64,000 nucleotides of DNA. Source: the human T2T-CHM13v2.0 reference genome, Homo sapiens. The notes under the pieces were generated by a model that had not been told where the DNA came from, did no database searches, and saw only the letters and a program-made list of their open reading frames with translations. The stretch lies in NCBI RefSeq assembly GCF_009914755.1, contig NC_060931.1; one strand, given 5' to 3'. Position numbers and translations under genes: made by a program. The number at the start of each line of letters is the position of its first letter. Position 1 is the stretch's first letter. This document shows, in pieces, positions 61,147-64,000 of the stretch.

Positions 61147-63660
61147 TTTATCAATTGGTTACTATTTCAATGCCCCCTTTAAAATTTGCTATGCAAATGA
61201 GTATATGCTTGTACTTGACTTCCATATTTGTGCTAAAGTGAGCAAAGTTATCTATATAAAGAAAACACAATGAGTTGTGACAAGGATGACGTGAAAATAC
61301 AGGACAATTCTGACAATGTAGGGGCTGATTTTATAGTGTAAGAACTATTAATGCCCCTTGCTTCTTTTTTCTGCCTCTTGCTCTTGTCTTTTGGACATTT
61401 CAGTGATTGTAAGTTCTTCGGTCATGTCAGCCCCTGTCATCAACTTGAGTTACAGTAGATGGGGCAGACATGGAGTGTTTGCTTTGCGGAACTATCTGTC
61501 TGTTTTGCTTCCTTGTGCTCTTTTTGTTCTCTGTTCTCCTGTTAATGAAGCTTTTCCTGCCCATTATTAATCCAAACTCTTGGGCCTTGTGGTTAGGAAA
61601 TTCCCTTAACTTCCAGCCATGTGGCATTATCATGTCTCTTTCTCTCTCTCGCTCTCTCTCCTCTCCTCCTCCCCCCAACATTTTCTGTCAAATAAGTACT
61701 GTTTACTCATTTAGTTGCTTATCAAATACTTATTCTTGGTTTTAAAAAAATTATTGGTAACTGTACTTTTCTTATTTTTTAGCATTATTCAAATGTTTAC
61801 ATTTTAATACTTTAAACCACTTTAAAATTTTTTCATGTTTAATTGTAGTTTTAAGAAAAACTATTTTGAACAACCCCAAATATAGTGCATCTAGAAACTA
61901 ATGTATATTTGAGTAGACATCACTTATAGTGGAACAGTAGACTGTAGTACATGGTAATTTTCCTTTTACTCTTAAGATACAATAAAACATGACTAATTTT
62001 CCTGTCAAAAATGTAAAGAATAACAATAAATGAAGTTTTTATATTTTACTTTTAAGATTGCCTGTCTTTACTAAGACAAAGCCTTAAGCCTTATGTTATA
62101 ATTTTGGTTCTAAAAATCATCATTTCAGTATGAGGAATGAGTATATTTCGTCCTCCTCTTTAGTTTTCTTCTTCCTATTTATTTTTATTTTGAGAAATTT
62201 CTACACCTTCTTTGAATTCCTTGTATGAATTTTTGTTTCCTAGAAGTTAATTTGTGTGAAATGAGATTCTTCAAAACGATGAAACCTCGTAGCTCTGAGA
62301 AAAGGTTTTAGGGTTTTAAATTCTAAGCAAACCATGACTATGGCTGACTGACTACACATTTAATTATACAGCTTCTCTTTCTTAACCACAGGCAGATTAA
62401 CCTCATTGTGGATTGTCCTTCAGACCTTAGTCCTCAGGCATGGTTTCTGGTGCCCATTCCTGGAAGCCGCTGTTCCCTTTCTACCTTCTTACCAGAGCCC
62501 AAGGGCAGGCCTGGTCTCGAGGAAGCAGCAGCTTGCTGACATGAGTCAGCTGCAAAGGCTGAGGAGTGTGCCCTCAGAGAAGCAGCGCCCCCCAGTCCTG
62601 CCCCAGTGCCCAGAGCCGCAGCTCCTAGGGATGCTCCTTCCCTGGAGGCGGCCCAGGAGAGGGACTCTGGCAGCGTTCTTCAGATTTGTGACCACTGTTT
62701 CTCATTTGCTGGTTGACTATTTTTATTTCTTAGGCTTTTGCTAGTTTTAGAAAATAGGAAAGCAGCCCGTGATTTGTGGATTAAAAGCAACATTTGAGCG
62801 ATGATGCACAACAGTCCAGGAAAATGGGCAGTGACACTTGAGGCTGAGGATGGGAGTCGACATGAGCAGGGAGAGGGAGGTGCGCGCTGCTTATCTGTGA
62901 TTGTTGCTCACCTGAGTGTGGCTGATTGTGTACATCCAGCAGCTACAATTTTTAAAAATTATATTTTTACATTTATTTTATATTTTTCTCACCCCCAGTA
63001 ATTTCCTTCCAAATAAGTTCACATGTAATAAGTAGAAATTCTGTACAGGAAAAAAGCATTAAAAATACTATTATAACTGCTTCATTTGCTGGGAACCATT
63101 ACAAGTAGTATAAATTAGCTTTTTCCAGAAGGATCCTCTTGTAGCAGGGTTTATGAATGTAACCCCCAGCAAAATGTGACTATATATTAGGAGAGCCAGT
63201 TTGGAGCAGAGGCCTGAAGGTCCCTGCTATGCAGCCGTGGCCACAGCTCACAGCACCAGTGCTGTGGAGCATCCACACCTTTGATGGCAATGCAGAGTGA
63301 TAGCAGGTTCCATAGGTGTGACAAAACAGCATTAAAGCTCAGTATTTTGCATATTTTTAGCATTTAAAAATATTTTTGCTTTAGTGTGAGGAAAGTAAGG
63401 ATGGGCAAAGAGGCGATCAAAATAGCTATTGCTATGACATTTTAGAAAACAAAGTTGGGGCCGTATTTCTTTAAAAAGATAAGCCTCTAAAAATGCTTGG
63501 CAAAAAAACTATAGTGTTAAAATAGGCCAGTGATATTAATGAGAAAATGAAAGTATATATCAGGAATAAAGTGATATTGCATAGGAGTATTGTATTTTTA
63601 TGAATTTTGTGCCAGTTGTTTACATGTACTATATATGTTAAATAAAAAAATCATGAAAAA
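61147..63660 (+). other. Remainder of the DPY19L1-derived 3'UTR
   Basis: Non-repetitive, mostly AT-rich sequence resuming after the ATACC TSD and ending at AATAAA signals; extent inferred. Confidence 0.6.
63641..63646 (+). terminator. Probable polyadenylation signal (alternative AATAAA at 63565-63570)
   Basis: AATAAA with upstream TGTA elements and a downstream GT/T-rich tract (gtttttcttgattgttatttt). Confidence 0.55.
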
Positions 63661-64000
63661 TGAGGGAAATGTTTTTCTTGATTGTTATTTTCATTTCCAC
63701 CTTGACTGTGATCAAGTTCGGCCTCGTTTTGTAGTCAGATAGCCATGAACTGGTTTGAGTCAGATGGCAGTCCTGAGAAGAGAGGGAGGGATCATAACAG
63801 TGGGGGTAGACTCTGGTCTTGTTGTTGGTAGTGGTAGGCACTGAGATTATCCGAACTTTTCCTGTATTTATGGTAGAGTCACTTACATTCCTTTATCCTT
63901 TTCATCAAGGGACACAGTAATTCATTCAAACTATATATTGGGAATAATTAAAGGGTTGCTAAAAGCTGCTTTAATGTATTTAAAAAATACGTTGGTATCA

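Overview
Primate (most likely human) repeat-rich genomic DNA with no intact protein-coding gene. The main feature is an unprocessed, 5'-truncated pseudogene copy of DPY19L1 (C-mannosyltransferase family) on the + strand. It has nine intron-separated exons from 30356 to the stop at 56172, plus a ~2.7 kb 3'UTR ending near 63650, and is probably DPY19L1P2 (7p14; locus name recalled, not verified). The copy has two 2-nt frameshift deletions, one 3-nt deletion and a GT>AT donor loss. Its last exon sits in a 468-bp gap between two convergent HERV-H proviruses. The + strand one (50162-55875) has two clearly different LTRs and no target-site duplication, so it looks like a recombinant of two proviruses. 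The - strand one (56344-61141) is young, LTR7Y-like, with a perfect ATACC TSD, and interrupts the 3'UTR. Other elements are a twin-primed (5'-inverted) L1PA, a MADE1 hairpin resembling MIR548N, an LTR13 solo LTR, a full MST provirus, MER1B, and dense nested Alus. I see no evidence of a new enzymatic or defence system; the novelty is structural and regulatory. Comparisons to parental or consensus sequences are from memory and need alignment.
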